From the NCBI GenBank assembly GCA_025362675.1, contig JANYFN010000106.1, positions 9,352 through 73,351 of the forward strand: a stretch of 64,000 nucleotides of DNA. Direction: 5' to 3'. The notes beneath the pieces were generated by a model that saw only the letters and a program-made list of their open reading frames with translations, had not been told where the DNA came from and ran no database searches. The translations under genes and the position numbers were made by a program. Each line of letters starts with the position of its first letter. Position 1 is the stretch's first letter. Positions 19,072-28,304 of the stretch are shown in pieces. This DNA is from Limisphaerales bacterium (GTDB lineage Bacteria; Verrucomicrobiota; Verrucomicrobiia; Limisphaerales; UBA11358).

Positions 19072-20046
19072 ATGGATTCATTCGGCAGAAAAGTTGATTA
19101 CTTGCGCATCTCGATCACCGACCGGTGCAACGAGCGGTGTTTGTATTGCATGCCCGAAGGCTACACGGGCTGGGAGCAGACGCGCGACCATCTGACAGCC
19201 GACGAAATCATTCGCGTGGTGCGCGTGGCGGCGGATTTAGGCTTTCGGAAATTCCGTCTCACCGGCGGCGAACCGCTCGTGCGTGGCGACATTTTGGAAA
19301 TCATCCGCGCGATGAAAAAAATTTCCAGCGTGGAGATGATCGGGCTTTCCACGAACGGCACGCGGCTGGAAAAACTCGCAAAACCGTTGCGGGACGCGGG
19401 CGTTCGCGCGGTGAATGTGAGTCTGGATGCGCTTGACCCGGCAATTTACAAACGCGTGACGGGCGGCGATGTGAACCAGGTTGTCGCCGGAATTCGCGCC
19501 GCTGTCGCCGCCGGTTTTGAGCGCGTGAAACTGAATTGCGTGCTGATGCGCGGCGTGAACGAGCAGGAAATTTGGCCGCTCGTTTTGTTCGCGGCGGAAC
19601 ACGGCGTGCCGTTGCGCCTCATCGAGCTGATGCCGCTGACGCGCACTGATGTGTTGACGGAGAAAAACTTTTATCCGGTAGGCGACGCGATGAAATTACT
19701 GCGGCAGCGTGATGAACTGATTCCACAACCGGACGCGCGGATTGGCCACGGCCCGGCGCAGTATTTTTCTTTGAAACAAACCGGCGCGCTCGTCGGCTTC
19801 ATCGGCGCGTTGACAAATTTACATTTTTGCGAGAACTGCAACAAGATGCGGCTGACGGCGGATGGCAGAATCCGTCCGTGCCTCGGTGACCACGGGGAAA
19901 TTGATTTGCGTTCAGCGTTGCGAAATAATTCAGACGACGCTGCGTTGCGGGAAATTTTTCTCGCGGCCTTGCAGTCGAAACCGCTAGAGCATCACTTCCG
20001 CGACAACTACCAACCGACGCGCCCTATGACCGCGATTGGCGGGTGA
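19072..20046 (+). CDS. moaA: GTP 3',8-cyclase (radical SAM)
   Basis: The radical-SAM motif is CNERCLYCMPE. The C-terminal second cluster is CENCNKMRLTADGRIRPC, and the protein ends in GG. Confidence 0.9.
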   Translation: MDSFGRKVDYLRISITDRCNERCLYCMPEGYTGWEQTRDHLTADEIIRVVRVAADLGFRKFRLTGGEPLVRGDILEIIRAMKKISSVEMIGLSTNGTRLEKLAKPLRDAGVRAVNVSLDALDPAIYKRVTGGDVNQVVAGIRAAVAAGFERVKLNCVLMRGVNEQEIWPLVLFAAEHGVPLRLIELMPLTRTDVLTEKNFYPVGDAMKLLRQRDELIPQPDARIGHGPAQYFSLKQTGALVGFIGALTNLHFCENCNKMRLTADGRIRPCLGDHGEIDLRSALRNNSDDAALREIFLAALQSKPLEHHFRDNYQPTRPMTAIGG

Positions 20047-20055
20047 TCTGGAGCG

Positions 20056-20140
20056 GGGGAGCACAGCCGCCCGCGGCTGTGGCGGTGTGCGCCACCGCGC
20101 AACGCCACGCGAGGCGCGTGTGCTCCCCAGAACTTTTTTC
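20056..20140 (+). terminator. GC-rich multi-hairpin element followed by a T run after moaA
   Basis: The outer stem pairs ggggagcaca with tgtgctcccc. An inner perfect hairpin is cacagccgc-cc-gcggctgtg. The downstream sequence is agaactttttt. Confidence 0.45.
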
Positions 20141-20212
20141 GCTGGCAGTTTTCTCAAGTTTTCGAGCGACTTCCACCTTTGCGCTTCCCGCTGTAAATGC
20201 TAGTTTTCATGT

Positions 20213-23200
20213 GTGTTTTCTCATGCTCAATTTTTCGCCTTGATCGCGCTGACCGCGCTGCTGGCATCACCGCTGTTCGCAGCGGACGCGGAGGAAATTG
20301 ATTTCAATTTTCAAATCCGTCCGCTGCTTTCGGATCGCTGCTTCAGTTGCCACGGGCCGGATTCGCGGGCGCGAAAAAAGGAACTGCGGCTCGATACCAA
20401 GGAAGGATTGTTCAAGCAGCTCGACACAAATTCATTCGTCGTCAAACCTGGCGATACCAACGAGAGCGAACTCGTCCGCCGCATCTTTGTCACGGACGAC
20501 GACTTGATGCCGCCGGAAAAATCCTTACGCGTGCTGTCGGCTGCGGAAAAAAATCTGCTGCGGCGCTGGGTGGAGCAAGGCGCGGAATATAGGCCGCTGT
20601 GGTCGTTCATTCCCGTCGAAAAGGTTTCTCCACCAACACCCGCAAAACATGATTGGGTGAAAAATCCGATTGATGATTTTGTGCTGGCGAAACTGGATGC
20701 GGAAAAACTATCGCCGTCGCCCGCCGCCTCGCGTGAAACCTTGCTGCGCCGCGTTTCGCTTAATTTGACGGGCTTGCCGCCGAGTGCGGAGGATTTGGAC
20801 GCCGTTCTCACCGACACTTCACCCGAGGTTTACGACCGCTTCGTGGAGAAGTATTTGAGTTCACCTGCTTACGGCGAACGCATGGCGCTCGACTGGCTTG
20901 ACCTTGCGCGTTACGCCGATACTTACGGCTATCAGCAAGATGAGCCGCGTGATGTTTCACCGTGGCGCGACTGGGTGATTCGCGCGTTCAACGATAATTT
21001 GCGCTACGATGAATTTCTCCGGTGGCAGCTTGCGGGCGATCTTTTGCCCAACGCCACGCGCGAGCAAAAAATTGCCACGGCCTTCAACCGGTTGCATCGC
21101 CAGACAAATGAAGGCGGCAGCATTGACGAGGAGTTTCGCGCCGAATACGCCGCCGACCGCGTGAACACTTTCGGCACCGCGATGCTCGGCCTCACGGTCG
21201 GCTGCTGCCGGTGCCACGATCACAAGTTCGATCCGCTCACGCAGCGCGATTACTATTCGTTGTTTGCGTTCTTCAACAACATTGATGATGCGGGAATGTA
21301 TTCGCATTTCACCCGCGCCACGCCGACGCCAACGCTGCCGCTGACGACGGCGGAACAGGAAAAAAATCTCACCGCGCTGACACAACAAATTTCCGTCGCT
21401 GAAGCGCAGTTGAAAAAAATCTCCACCTCGTGCAGCAATGAATTTTCCGCGTGGCTAAAAACGGCAACGGTGAAATCGCCAATGCCCATCTCGCATTTCG
21501 CGTTCGACACCGTGACGAGCAACACCACGCCGGACAGTTGCTCGACGAACTTTGCGAAACTGGAAGATGGCTTTGAAATTGTTCCCGGCCACGACGGCAA
21601 GGCGCTGAAATTTTCCGGCGACAACGAAGCCGTCTGCAAGAACGTAAAAGAATTTCATCGCACGGATGAATTCTCTTTCAGCCTTTGGCTCAAGCCGTCG
21701 GAGATTCAGGATCGCGCCATCATCTTGCATCAGTCGCGGGCGCGTGAGGATGCGGGCAGCCGTGGCTTTGAATTGTCCCTCGACCATGGAAAACCATTTT
21801 TTGGACTGATTCATTTTTGGCCCGGCAACGCCATCGCCGTGCGGGCGAAAAATGTTTTGCCGACGAATGAATGGTCACAGCTCGTCGTGAATTACGACGG
21901 CTCCAGCCGCGCGGCAGGCATAAAAATTTTTCTCAACGGTGTGATGCTGGAGACAGAAGTTATCCGCGACCAACTCACCAAAGACATTGTGCATCGAGCT
22001 GAATGGGGCGACATGGAGCCGGGCAAGATTCATCTCACGCTCGGTGCGCGTTTTCGTGACAGCGGTTTCAAGAATGGGGCATTGGATGATTTGCAGGTGT
22101 TTGACGAGGCGCTGACGGCGAAGGAAGTGAAAATACTTGGAGCGCCGGCCTCCGGCGCTCCACCAACATTGGACTATTTCCTCGCCCGCGAAAACTCTGC
22201 TTACCGCGCCACGCTCGCTGACTTGAAAAAACTTCGCGAACGGCAAAATGATTTACAAAACAGCATCCGCGAAATCATGACGATGCAGGAATTGCCCGAA
22301 CGCCGCGTCACGCATCTGCTCAAGCGCGGGGCTTACGATGCGCCGGGCGAGGTCGTGCAACCCGAAGTTCCTTATGCATTGCCACAGCTTGCCGCCGATG
22401 CGCCGCGCAACCGGCTCGGACTTGCGAACTGGCTGGTGGATAAAAAAAATCCGCTCGCGGCGCGCGTGGCGGTGAACCGCATTTGGAAACTGCACTTCGG
22501 TCGCGGCATCGTGGCGACGCCGGATGATTTTGGCAGCCAGGGGAAATTGCCGTCGCATCCCGAATTGCTCGAATGGCTCGCGGGCTGGTTCATGGAAAAT
22601 AATTGGGACGTGAAAGCGCTGCATCGTTTGATTGTCACGTCGGCGACGTATCAGCAGTCATCGCGAGCGTCGAAGGAATTGCTGGAGCGCGATCCGGAAA
22701 ACCGTTTGCTCGCGCGCGGGCCGAAGACACGTTTGCTCGCCGAGGAAATCCGCGACGGCGCGCTCGCGGCGAGCGGTTTGCTCGTCACGAACGTCGGCGG
22801 GCCGAGCGTGAAGGTGTATCAGCCGGAAGGCTTGTGGGAGCAGTCCGGCACCGGCGCGAAGTTCACGCAGGATCACGGCACGAACCTGTATCGCCGCAGC
22901 CTCTATACGTTCTGGAAACGCACCTCGCCGCCGCCGAACATGGTGACGTTCGACGCCCTGACGCGCGAGGTCTGCACCGCCAAGCGAGAGACTACCGCCA
23001 CGCCGTTGCAGGCGCTCGTGCTGCTGAACGATCCGCAATTCATCGAAGCCGCGCGGGTGCTGGGTGAAAAATTGCTGAAGGAATTTCCGAACGACGTGAA
23101 CGCCCGCGCGCAATCTGCTTTTAAGAAATTGATTGGGCGCGCGCCGGATGAAACGGAGACGAAAATTCTCGGCGAGATTTTTACCGAGCAAAAAGATCTG

Positions 23201-23347
23201 TTTGCGAAGGATGAAGTCGCCGCGAAGAAGTTGCTCGCGACGGGCGAATCTAAATTTGATGACAAGTTGCCGCCCGCTGAATTTGCAGCGACGACGCTGA
23301 TGGTCAACGCCATCATGAACTTTGACGAATTTATTGTGGAGCGATGA
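20213..23347 (+). CDS. PSCyt1/DUF1549/LamG/DUF1553 giant secreted protein (PSD1 type)
   Basis: It has a GTG start and a signal peptide. The cytochrome-like motif is [11 protein letters not shown]1549-like ([18 protein letters not shown]) and [11 protein letters not shown] motifs are present. A concanavalin/LamG insert follows (FSFSLWLKP...), then a DUF1553-like C-terminus. Confidence 0.85.
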   Translation: MFSHAQFFALIALTALLASPLFAADAEEIDFNFQIRPLLSDRCFSCHGPDSRARKKELRLDTKEGLFKQLDTNSFVVKPGDTNESELVRRIFVTDDDLMPPEKSLRVLSAAEKNLLRRWVEQGAEYRPLWSFIPVEKVSPPTPAKHDWVKNPIDDFVLAKLDAEKLSPSPAASRETLLRRVSLNLTGLPPSAEDLDAVLTDTSPEVYDRFVEKYLSSPAYGERMALDWLDLARYADTYGYQQDEPRDVSPWRDWVIRAFNDNLRYDEFLRWQLAGDLLPNATREQKIATAFNRLHRQTNEGGSIDEEFRAEYAADRVNTFGTAMLGLTVGCCRCHDHKFDPLTQRDYYSLFAFFNNIDDAGMYSHFTRATPTPTLPLTTAEQEKNLTALTQQISVAEAQLKKISTSCSNEFSAWLKTATVKSPMPISHFAFDTVTSNTTPDSCSTNFAKLEDGFEIVPGHDGKALKFSGDNEAVCKNVKEFHRTDEFSFSLWLKPSEIQDRAIILHQSRAREDAGSRGFELSLDHGKPFFGLIHFWPGNAIAVRAKNVLPTNEWSQLVVNYDGSSRAAGIKIFLNGVMLETEVIRDQLTKDIVHRAEWGDMEPGKIHLTLGARFRDSGFKNGALDDLQVFDEALTAKEVKILGAPASGAPPTLDYFLARENSAYRATLADLKKLRERQNDLQNSIREIMTMQELPERRVTHLLKRGAYDAPGEVVQPEVPYALPQLAADAPRNRLGLANWLVDKKNPLAARVAVNRIWKLHFGRGIVATPDDFGSQGKLPSHPELLEWLAGWFMENNWDVKALHRLIVTSATYQQSSRASKELLERDPENRLLARGPKTRLLAEEIRDGALAASGLLVTNVGGPSVKVYQPEGLWEQSGTGAKFTQDHGTNLYRRSLYTFWKRTSPPPNMVTFDALTREVCTAKRETTATPLQALVLLNDPQFIEAARVLGEKLLKEFPNDVNARAQSAFKKLIGRAPDETETKILGEIFTEQKDLFAKDEVAAKKLLATGESKFDDKLPPAEFAATTLMVNAIMNFDEFIVER

Positions 23348-23375
23348 AAACCAAACACCACATCATCTCCCGCTC

Positions 23376-23596
23376 GGATAATCCCACCGGGATTGTGTCC
23401 TCCAGCCCAAGGTTGCGAGGCACGAGCTACCCTGGGTTCACGTCCCGAAATAATTTTCAACCCCAACGGGGTTGGGTCATCCGTAAACCAAATGCGCCGC
23501 AACCCAGTTGGGGTTGTTTCCGTTTGTGCGTTTTTCCCAAGGTAGCTCGTGCCTCGCAACCTTGGGCTTTGAGCCGGAATCCCGTTGGGATTCGTC
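23376..23596. repeat. composite palindromic repeat (family B): 31-bp inverted repeats with nested small hairpins
   Basis: The sequences at 23406..23436 (cccaaggttgcgaggcacgagctaccctggg) and 23536..23566 are reverse complements with 1 mismatch. Four short hairpins of type aatccc-N3-gggatt or aacccc-N3-ggggtt flank and fill the element. Confidence 0.8.
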
Positions 23597-23619
23597 GGAC
23601 GTTTCGTTCACGCGACGGC

Positions 23620-23748
23620 GTATTGGACTTCGGCGGGAAGCGGAGCGCCACGCCGCTTTCGCACGAACGAGGCGTTCGGAAATTTTCCACACCTCTCGTG
23701 CGCTCGAAAGCGGTGTCGCCGCTGCGCTCTGCCACCGCAGTCCAAGAC
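23620..23748. repeat. long-palindrome repeat, family A copy 2 (inverted relative to copy 1)
   Basis: The sequence cgaaagcggtgtcgccgctgcgctctgccaccgcagtccaagac is the reverse complement of the left arm of 12517..12619. It has its own inverted partner arm and a central hairpin. Confidence 0.85.
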
Positions 23749-23792
23749 CTCGCGGAGGTTCGGTTCACGCTTCACTCGTCACTCATCACGTT

Positions 23793-25259
23793 ATGAATTC
23801 CATCTGCACCGGACCATTGCCCGCCGCCGGACTTTCGCGGCGCGCGTTCTTGAATCGCTTCGGCCTCGGCCTTGGCGGCATCGCGCTGGCGAATCTGATG
23901 TCGCCCACGAATGTGCTCGCGGCGCTGGCGGGCGGCGGCGCGGACAAAGGAATCATCAATGGCCAATTCCATTTTCCACCGACGGCGAAGCGCGTGATTT
24001 ATCTTTTCATGGCGGGCGGGCCGTCGCAGATGGAGACGTTCGATTACAAGCCGCTGTTGAATAAACGTAATGGCGAGCAACTTCCCGATTCCGTGCGCGG
24101 AACCCAACGGCTCACGGGCATGTCGGGCAATCAATCGTCGCTGCCGCTGGCGGGTTCGCAATTTGGTTTCAAGCAGCACGGCAAAAACGGAACGTGGGTT
24201 TGCGATCTGCTGCCGCACACGGCGAAGGTCGTGGATGATTTGTGCATCGTGCGTTCGATGTTCACCGAGGCCATCAATCACGATCCGGCCATCACATTTT
24301 TTCAGACCGGCTCGCAGTTGTCCGGTCGTCCGAGCATCGGTTCGTGGATTCATTACGGCCTCGGCAGCGACAACGAAAATCTTCCCGGGTTCGTCGTGCT
24401 CATCACGCCGGGCAAGGTGGACCAGCCGCTTTACGCGCGCTTGTGGGGCAGCGGTTTTCTGCCGTCGCAACATCAGGGCGTGCAATTCCGCAGCGGCAAA
24501 GAACCCGTTTTATATTTGAACAATCCCGACGGCGTTTCGCCGCAGAGCCGTCGCTCGTTGCTGGATCGTTTGAATGAATTGAACTCGCACGCCGCTGAAA
24601 AACTCGGCGACAGCGAAGTGGACGCCCGCATCGCGCAATATGAGATGTCATACCGGATGCAGACGAGCGTGCCGGACGTGATGGACATGAGCAACGAGAG
24701 GCCCGAGACGTTCGCGCTGTATGGCCCGGACGCGCGCAAGCCGGGGACGTTCGCGGCGAATTGTCTGCAAGCACGGCGGCTCGCGGAGAAGGGCGTGAAA
24801 TTTATTCAGCTCTATCATCAAGGCTGGGATCAGCACGGTGACTTGCCGAAAGGAATTTCCACGCAGTGCCGCGAGACTGACCAGGCCAGCGCCGCGCTCA
24901 TCACGGATTTGAAACAGCGCGGGATGCTCGACGATACGCTCGTCGTGTGGGGCGGGGAATTCGGGCGCACGGCGTATTCGCAGGGCAAGCTCACGGCGGA
25001 CAATTACGGTCGCGACCATCATCCGCGCTGCTTCAGCCTGTGGATGGCGGGCGGTGGCGTGAAGCCCGGCTACGTTCACGGCGAGACGGATGACTTCGGC
25101 TACAATATCACGAAGGACAGCGTTCACGTTCACGATTTTCAAGCGACGTTGCTGCGCTTGATGGGTGTGGATCACGAGCGGCTGACGTATCAATTTCAAG
25201 GCCGCCGCTTCCGACTGACCGATGTTCATGGCCAAGTTGTGCAGGCGTTGCTGGCGTAA
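23793..25259 (+). CDS. DUF1501 (sulfatase-fold) protein with Tat signal
   Basis: The ATG at 23793 gives MNSICTGPLPAAGLSRRAFLNRFGLGLGGIALA, a twin-arginine leader. Typical DUF1501 blocks follow (VIYLFMAGGPSQMETFDYKP, GGEFGRT, DHHP). The upstream 95 codons of the track ORF translate repeats. Confidence 0.85.
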   Translation: MNSICTGPLPAAGLSRRAFLNRFGLGLGGIALANLMSPTNVLAALAGGGADKGIINGQFHFPPTAKRVIYLFMAGGPSQMETFDYKPLLNKRNGEQLPDSVRGTQRLTGMSGNQSSLPLAGSQFGFKQHGKNGTWVCDLLPHTAKVVDDLCIVRSMFTEAINHDPAITFFQTGSQLSGRPSIGSWIHYGLGSDNENLPGFVVLITPGKVDQPLYARLWGSGFLPSQHQGVQFRSGKEPVLYLNNPDGVSPQSRRSLLDRLNELNSHAAEKLGDSEVDARIAQYEMSYRMQTSVPDVMDMSNERPETFALYGPDARKPGTFAANCLQARRLAEKGVKFIQLYHQGWDQHGDLPKGISTQCRETDQASAALITDLKQRGMLDDTLVVWGGEFGRTAYSQGKLTADNYGRDHHPRCFSLWMAGGGVKPGYVHGETDDFGYNITKDSVHVHDFQATLLRLMGVDHERLTYQFQGRRFRLTDVHGQVVQALLA

Positions 25260-25300
25260 ATGGAAAATCAATTTTCTGTTTTAGCGCCAGAGGCGCGGAT

Positions 25301-25452
25301 GAAAATAGCCCACAGTTTCAACTGCGGGTATTCCGAACAGATAAAAAAGGTCCCGGAGGGACGACCGATTCCTTATTTCATTTTCTGCCGCCCCGCTGGG
25401 GCTTGAAATGTTTTACGCACCTTACCCGCAGTTGAAACTGCGGGCTATTTTC
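25301..25452. repeat. MITE-like element (family C) with 30-bp terminal inverted repeats
   Basis: The sequences at 25301..25330 (gaaaatagcccacagtttcaactgcgggta) and 25423..25452 are reverse complements with 1 mismatch, enclosing 92 bp. Confidence 0.8.
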
Positions 25453-25537
25453 GGTCGCCGCTCTGCGGCTGCGGAGTCGGCGACTTGCCAAGCGCATTTT
25501 TCTTTTTCGATCCACAACTATCCCCTAGCCTGCCGTC

Positions 25538-26239
25538 ATGTTGTTCACCGCTGAATCCCTGTTTGACCTCACCCAGACCCAGCACGCCGCCATTTTTACC
25601 GGCTGCACTTACGCGTGGGACGCACTCGCCAAGATCGGCCCCTACGTCACGCAACAGACTTCCGGTTTGATCACCATGAATCTCCATCGCCGGGTGATGA
25701 CGGAAAACGGTGCGTGGATTGGCAAATTTGTTTTCCTCGGCGAAGGCACCGTGGTGGAAACTGGCGCGATGATCAAAGGCCCTGCCATCATTGGCAAAAA
25801 TTGCCAGATCCGCGCCAACGCCTACATCCGCGAGAACGTCATCATCGGCGACGACTGCGTGGTGGGCAATGCCTCCGAACTCAAGAACGCCCTGCTCTTC
25901 AACGGCGCGCAGGTGCCGCATTACAATTACGTCGGCGACTCCATTCTTGGTTACAAAGCGCACCTCGGCGCGGGCGTGAAAATTTCCAACGTGAAACTGT
26001 TTCCCGGCAATATCGAAGTGGAAGTGGACGGCACGCCGCGCGACACTGGGCTACGAAAGTTTGGCGCGCTCATTGGCGATGGCGCAGAAGTAGGCTGCAA
26101 CGCCGTGCTGAATCCCGGCAGCATCCTTGGACGCGGCGCGGTGGTTTACCCGAACGTCTTCTGGCGCGGCATCCTGCCCGCGAACATGATTGCGAAGAAC
26201 AAAGCGGAGATTGAAGTGGTGGTCAAACAGCCGCGCTGA
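25538..26239 (+). CDS. left-handed beta-helix (hexapeptide-repeat) transferase-family protein
   Basis: It shows repeated [LIV]-G-x4 hexapeptide periodicity (IGKNCQIRANAYIRENVIIGDDCVVGNASELKNALLFNGAQV...GAEVGCNAVLNPGSILGRGAVV). Confidence 0.7.
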   Translation: MLFTAESLFDLTQTQHAAIFTGCTYAWDALAKIGPYVTQQTSGLITMNLHRRVMTENGAWIGKFVFLGEGTVVETGAMIKGPAIIGKNCQIRANAYIRENVIIGDDCVVGNASELKNALLFNGAQVPHYNYVGDSILGYKAHLGAGVKISNVKLFPGNIEVEVDGTPRDTGLRKFGALIGDGAEVGCNAVLNPGSILGRGAVVYPNVFWRGILPANMIAKNKAEIEVVVKQPR

Positions 26240-26282
26240 CCGATGATTTACTCCACACGGTAAATTTATTAATTCCCTCCCA

Positions 26283-26789
26283 ATGGCAATCAATGAACCC
26301 TCATTCAACCTGCCACTCGCCGATGTTTTGCGGGCCGCAAACGAACTGGTCGCAGCGGGTTTGATAGCCGACTGGGCACTCGGCGGCGCGCTCGCAGCGA
26401 TTTACTACGTCGAACCATTCACCACCTACGACGCGGACATTTTTTTCATTCCCAAGGACCAGGGACTTACCGCCGGGATTCCCGCCATCTACGCCTACCT
26501 GCAAGCGCAAGGCTGGCAGGTCGAGCGCGAACATTTGCTGGTGCGCGGATTCCCCGTGCAATTCCTCGCCGCCGCCGGTTTGACGGAAGAAGCTGTGCGC
26601 GAGGCTGAACGCATTGATTACGAAGGTGTGCCCGCCAAAATTTTTGGCGCCGAACACATCGTAGCCATTGCCGCCAGCGTGGGACGAGCCAAGGACAAGG
26701 CACGGATTGAGCAAATGCTCCAGCAGGCCGACCTCGACAAAACGCGACTGGAAAACATCCTGCAACGGCATAAACTACCAATGTTATGA
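26283..26789 (+). CDS. minimal nucleotidyltransferase-fold protein (cassette cargo)
   Basis: LGGALAAIYYVEPFTTYDADIFF fits the Pol-beta-superfamily hG[GS]-x9-14-DxD signature. The product is 168 aa and its stop overlaps the start of a 45-codon ORF. Confidence 0.5.
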   Translation: MAINEPSFNLPLADVLRAANELVAAGLIADWALGGALAAIYYVEPFTTYDADIFFIPKDQGLTAGIPAIYAYLQAQGWQVEREHLLVRGFPVQFLAAAGLTEEAVREAERIDYEGVPAKIFGAEHIVAIAASVGRAKDKARIEQMLQQADLDKTRLENILQRHKLPML

Positions 26790-26923
26790 AATTAGAAATA
26801 CGCCAGAAACTCGCCCGCGAGCCGTTTGCGGAAAAAATCCGCAAGGTGGCGCAGCTCATCCGACTCGCCAAAACATTTCCACGCCGCCCGCGTGTCTTGA
26901 CCACCAACCGCGCCGACCAATGA
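26786..26923 (+). CDS. 45-aa ORF translationally coupled to the NTase-like gene
   Basis: There is an ATGA start/stop overlap at 26786-26789. The product is MKLEIRQKLAREPFAEKIRKVAQLIRLAKTFPRRPRVLTTNRADQ, basic and helical-looking. It is below the size cutoff of the ORF track. Confidence 0.3.
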   Translation: MKLEIRQKLAREPFAEKIRKVAQLIRLAKTFPRRPRVLTTNRADQ

Positions 26924-26924
26924 A

Positions 26925-27011
26925 AACTGGCGCGGCCGCCTGCCCGCGAACATGATTTTGAAGAACAAGGCGGAGATTGAAGTCGTGGTGAAACGACCGA
27001 AGGGAAATTAA
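26925..27011 (+). pseudogene. displaced duplicate of the 3' end of the hexapeptide-transferase gene
   Basis: 26927..26999 aligns to 26161..26233 with 64/73 identities. It would encode NWRGRLPANMILKNKAEIEVVVKRPKGN*, against FWRGILPANMIAKNKAEIEVVVKQPR* in the intact gene. Confidence 0.65.
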
Positions 27012-27368
27012 GCAGTTTATTGTTTCGAAACTATAATGAAACCAAACCCTCTTTATGGTCAGTGGATTGGAGGATTCCGAGGAAACCCATCCACTCCTGG
27101 TAATCATACTTTTGCGTTTGCCGCGTTCGCGTGGGGCATCTCGGTGGTGGGCGTGTTCGCTTCGTGGCCGCAGATCAATGAAATCGCGCAAGGTATCCAA
27201 AGTTGAAGTCACGCACGCCAGACCATCACGAGCCACGAAGCCAGCCCGTGATGAAATACTGCGTTGGGCAGACATCGTCCCTGCAACGGGTGTCATTCTC
27301 GCTTCGGAGTGAATCGTTCCATGCCGTTTTTGCTTTCGCCGCTGCGTGGCGTTTGTTAGAAAACTCTC

Positions 27369-28304
27369 GTGCGAAAAATCATTTTCATGGTCGGCCTGTG
27401 GTTCGGCCTGCTCAGTTTGGCTTCTGCTGCCGAGGTCAATGTGTCGTTGACGGATGGTGCCTTGTTTCAGGGCGAGTTAATTAAGTTTGACGATAACGGC
27501 GTCCAACTTCGGATGGGCGAGACGTTCACGAATTTGCAATGGGGTAGTTTGTCGCAGGAGTCGCTAAAACAATTAGTGCAAAACCCTATGCAGAACATTA
27601 AGAAGCAAACCATCGCTTCTTTGGCGGGACCGTTTATCGAGCCAGAAGTTTCGCAGCGTCCACCTAAACCCGAGATCAAGATCAATGAGGTGAGGGGGCG
27701 GCTGGATCGCCCGGAAAATCCGTCTATTCTCGGGGGCTTGGTAAAATCATCGGTGGGCAAATTTATTTTATTCATCCTCTTCCTCGCCAACTTGTATGCG
27801 GCGTATGAGATTTCCATCGTGAAAGCGCGGCCAGTGGCACAGGTGATGGGCGTGGCAGCGGTATTGCCAATTATCGGACCGATCATTTTTTTGATCATGC
27901 CAATGGTGGTTCACCAACAGGAGGATCAGGTGGAGTTGGCCGCTCCAGCGGGAACGCAGGCGGCGGCAGTGCAGGCGCACGCGGAGAATCCTGAGATCCA
28001 GATCGGCGAGGCTTCTTGGAAACAGCCGGAAGTAAAAAAAGCGGAGGCGCAGGTATTTGCGCGCGGTAAATTCACCTTCAACAAACGTTTCATTGAGACG
28101 AAGTTCGCGGGCTTCATGGGCACGGAACCGAAGGGTGACGCGCTGAAGTTCGGGCTGGAAGTGAAGAGCAGCGCCGCGCATTTTGCGGCGGATCGCATCG
28201 CGCAGGTGGGCGCGGCGGAAGCGATTTTCGAGACGGCTCAAGGTCAAGTCACCGTGCCGTTTGCCGATATACTGGAAATTAAATTGAATCCAAAACCAGA
28301 ATGA
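27369..28304 (+). CDS. hypothetical membrane protein
   Basis: It has a signal-like N-terminus (IIFMVGLWFGLLSLASA) and two central TM helices (FILFILFLANLYAAYEISIV, VMGVAAVLPIIGPIIFLIMPMVV). Its 3' end overlaps the adk start by 4 nt. I recognise no family. Confidence 0.55.
   Translation: MRKIIFMVGLWFGLLSLASAAEVNVSLTDGALFQGELIKFDDNGVQLRMGETFTNLQWGSLSQESLKQLVQNPMQNIKKQTIASLAGPFIEPEVSQRPPKPEIKINEVRGRLDRPENPSILGGLVKSSVGKFILFILFLANLYAAYEISIVKARPVAQVMGVAAVLPIIGPIIFLIMPMVVHQQEDQVELAAPAGTQAAAVQAHAENPEIQIGEASWKQPEVKKAEAQVFARGKFTFNKRFIETKFAGFMGTEPKGDALKFGLEVKSSAAHFAADRIAQVGAAEAIFETAQGQVTVPFADILEIKLNPKPE

Noticed and set aside
23344-23796. A 150-aa ORF, plus the 95-codon 5' extension of track ORF 23508..25259.
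   Set aside because: These are translations of the palindromic repeat families A and B. The real DUF1501 gene starts at the ATG at 23793, immediately before its twin-arginine signal.
25615-26214. A 199-aa alternative-frame ORF inside the hexapeptide-transferase gene.
   Set aside because: The product is Arg/His/Trp-rich and nonsensical, whereas the annotated frame shows clean hexapeptide periodicity.
26161-26999. A diversity-generating retroelement (VR/TR pair) as the explanation for the duplicated gene 3' end.
   Set aside because: The mismatches are not confined to adenine positions of one copy. No reverse transcriptase or accessory gene is present in the window.
27036-27312. A 56-codon ORF (MKPNPLYGQWIGGFRGN...) followed, out of frame, by track ORF 27055..27312.
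   Set aside because: This could be a decayed gene fragment next to the cassette, but I recognise neither piece and the frames are broken. The evidence is insufficient to call a CDS or pseudogene.
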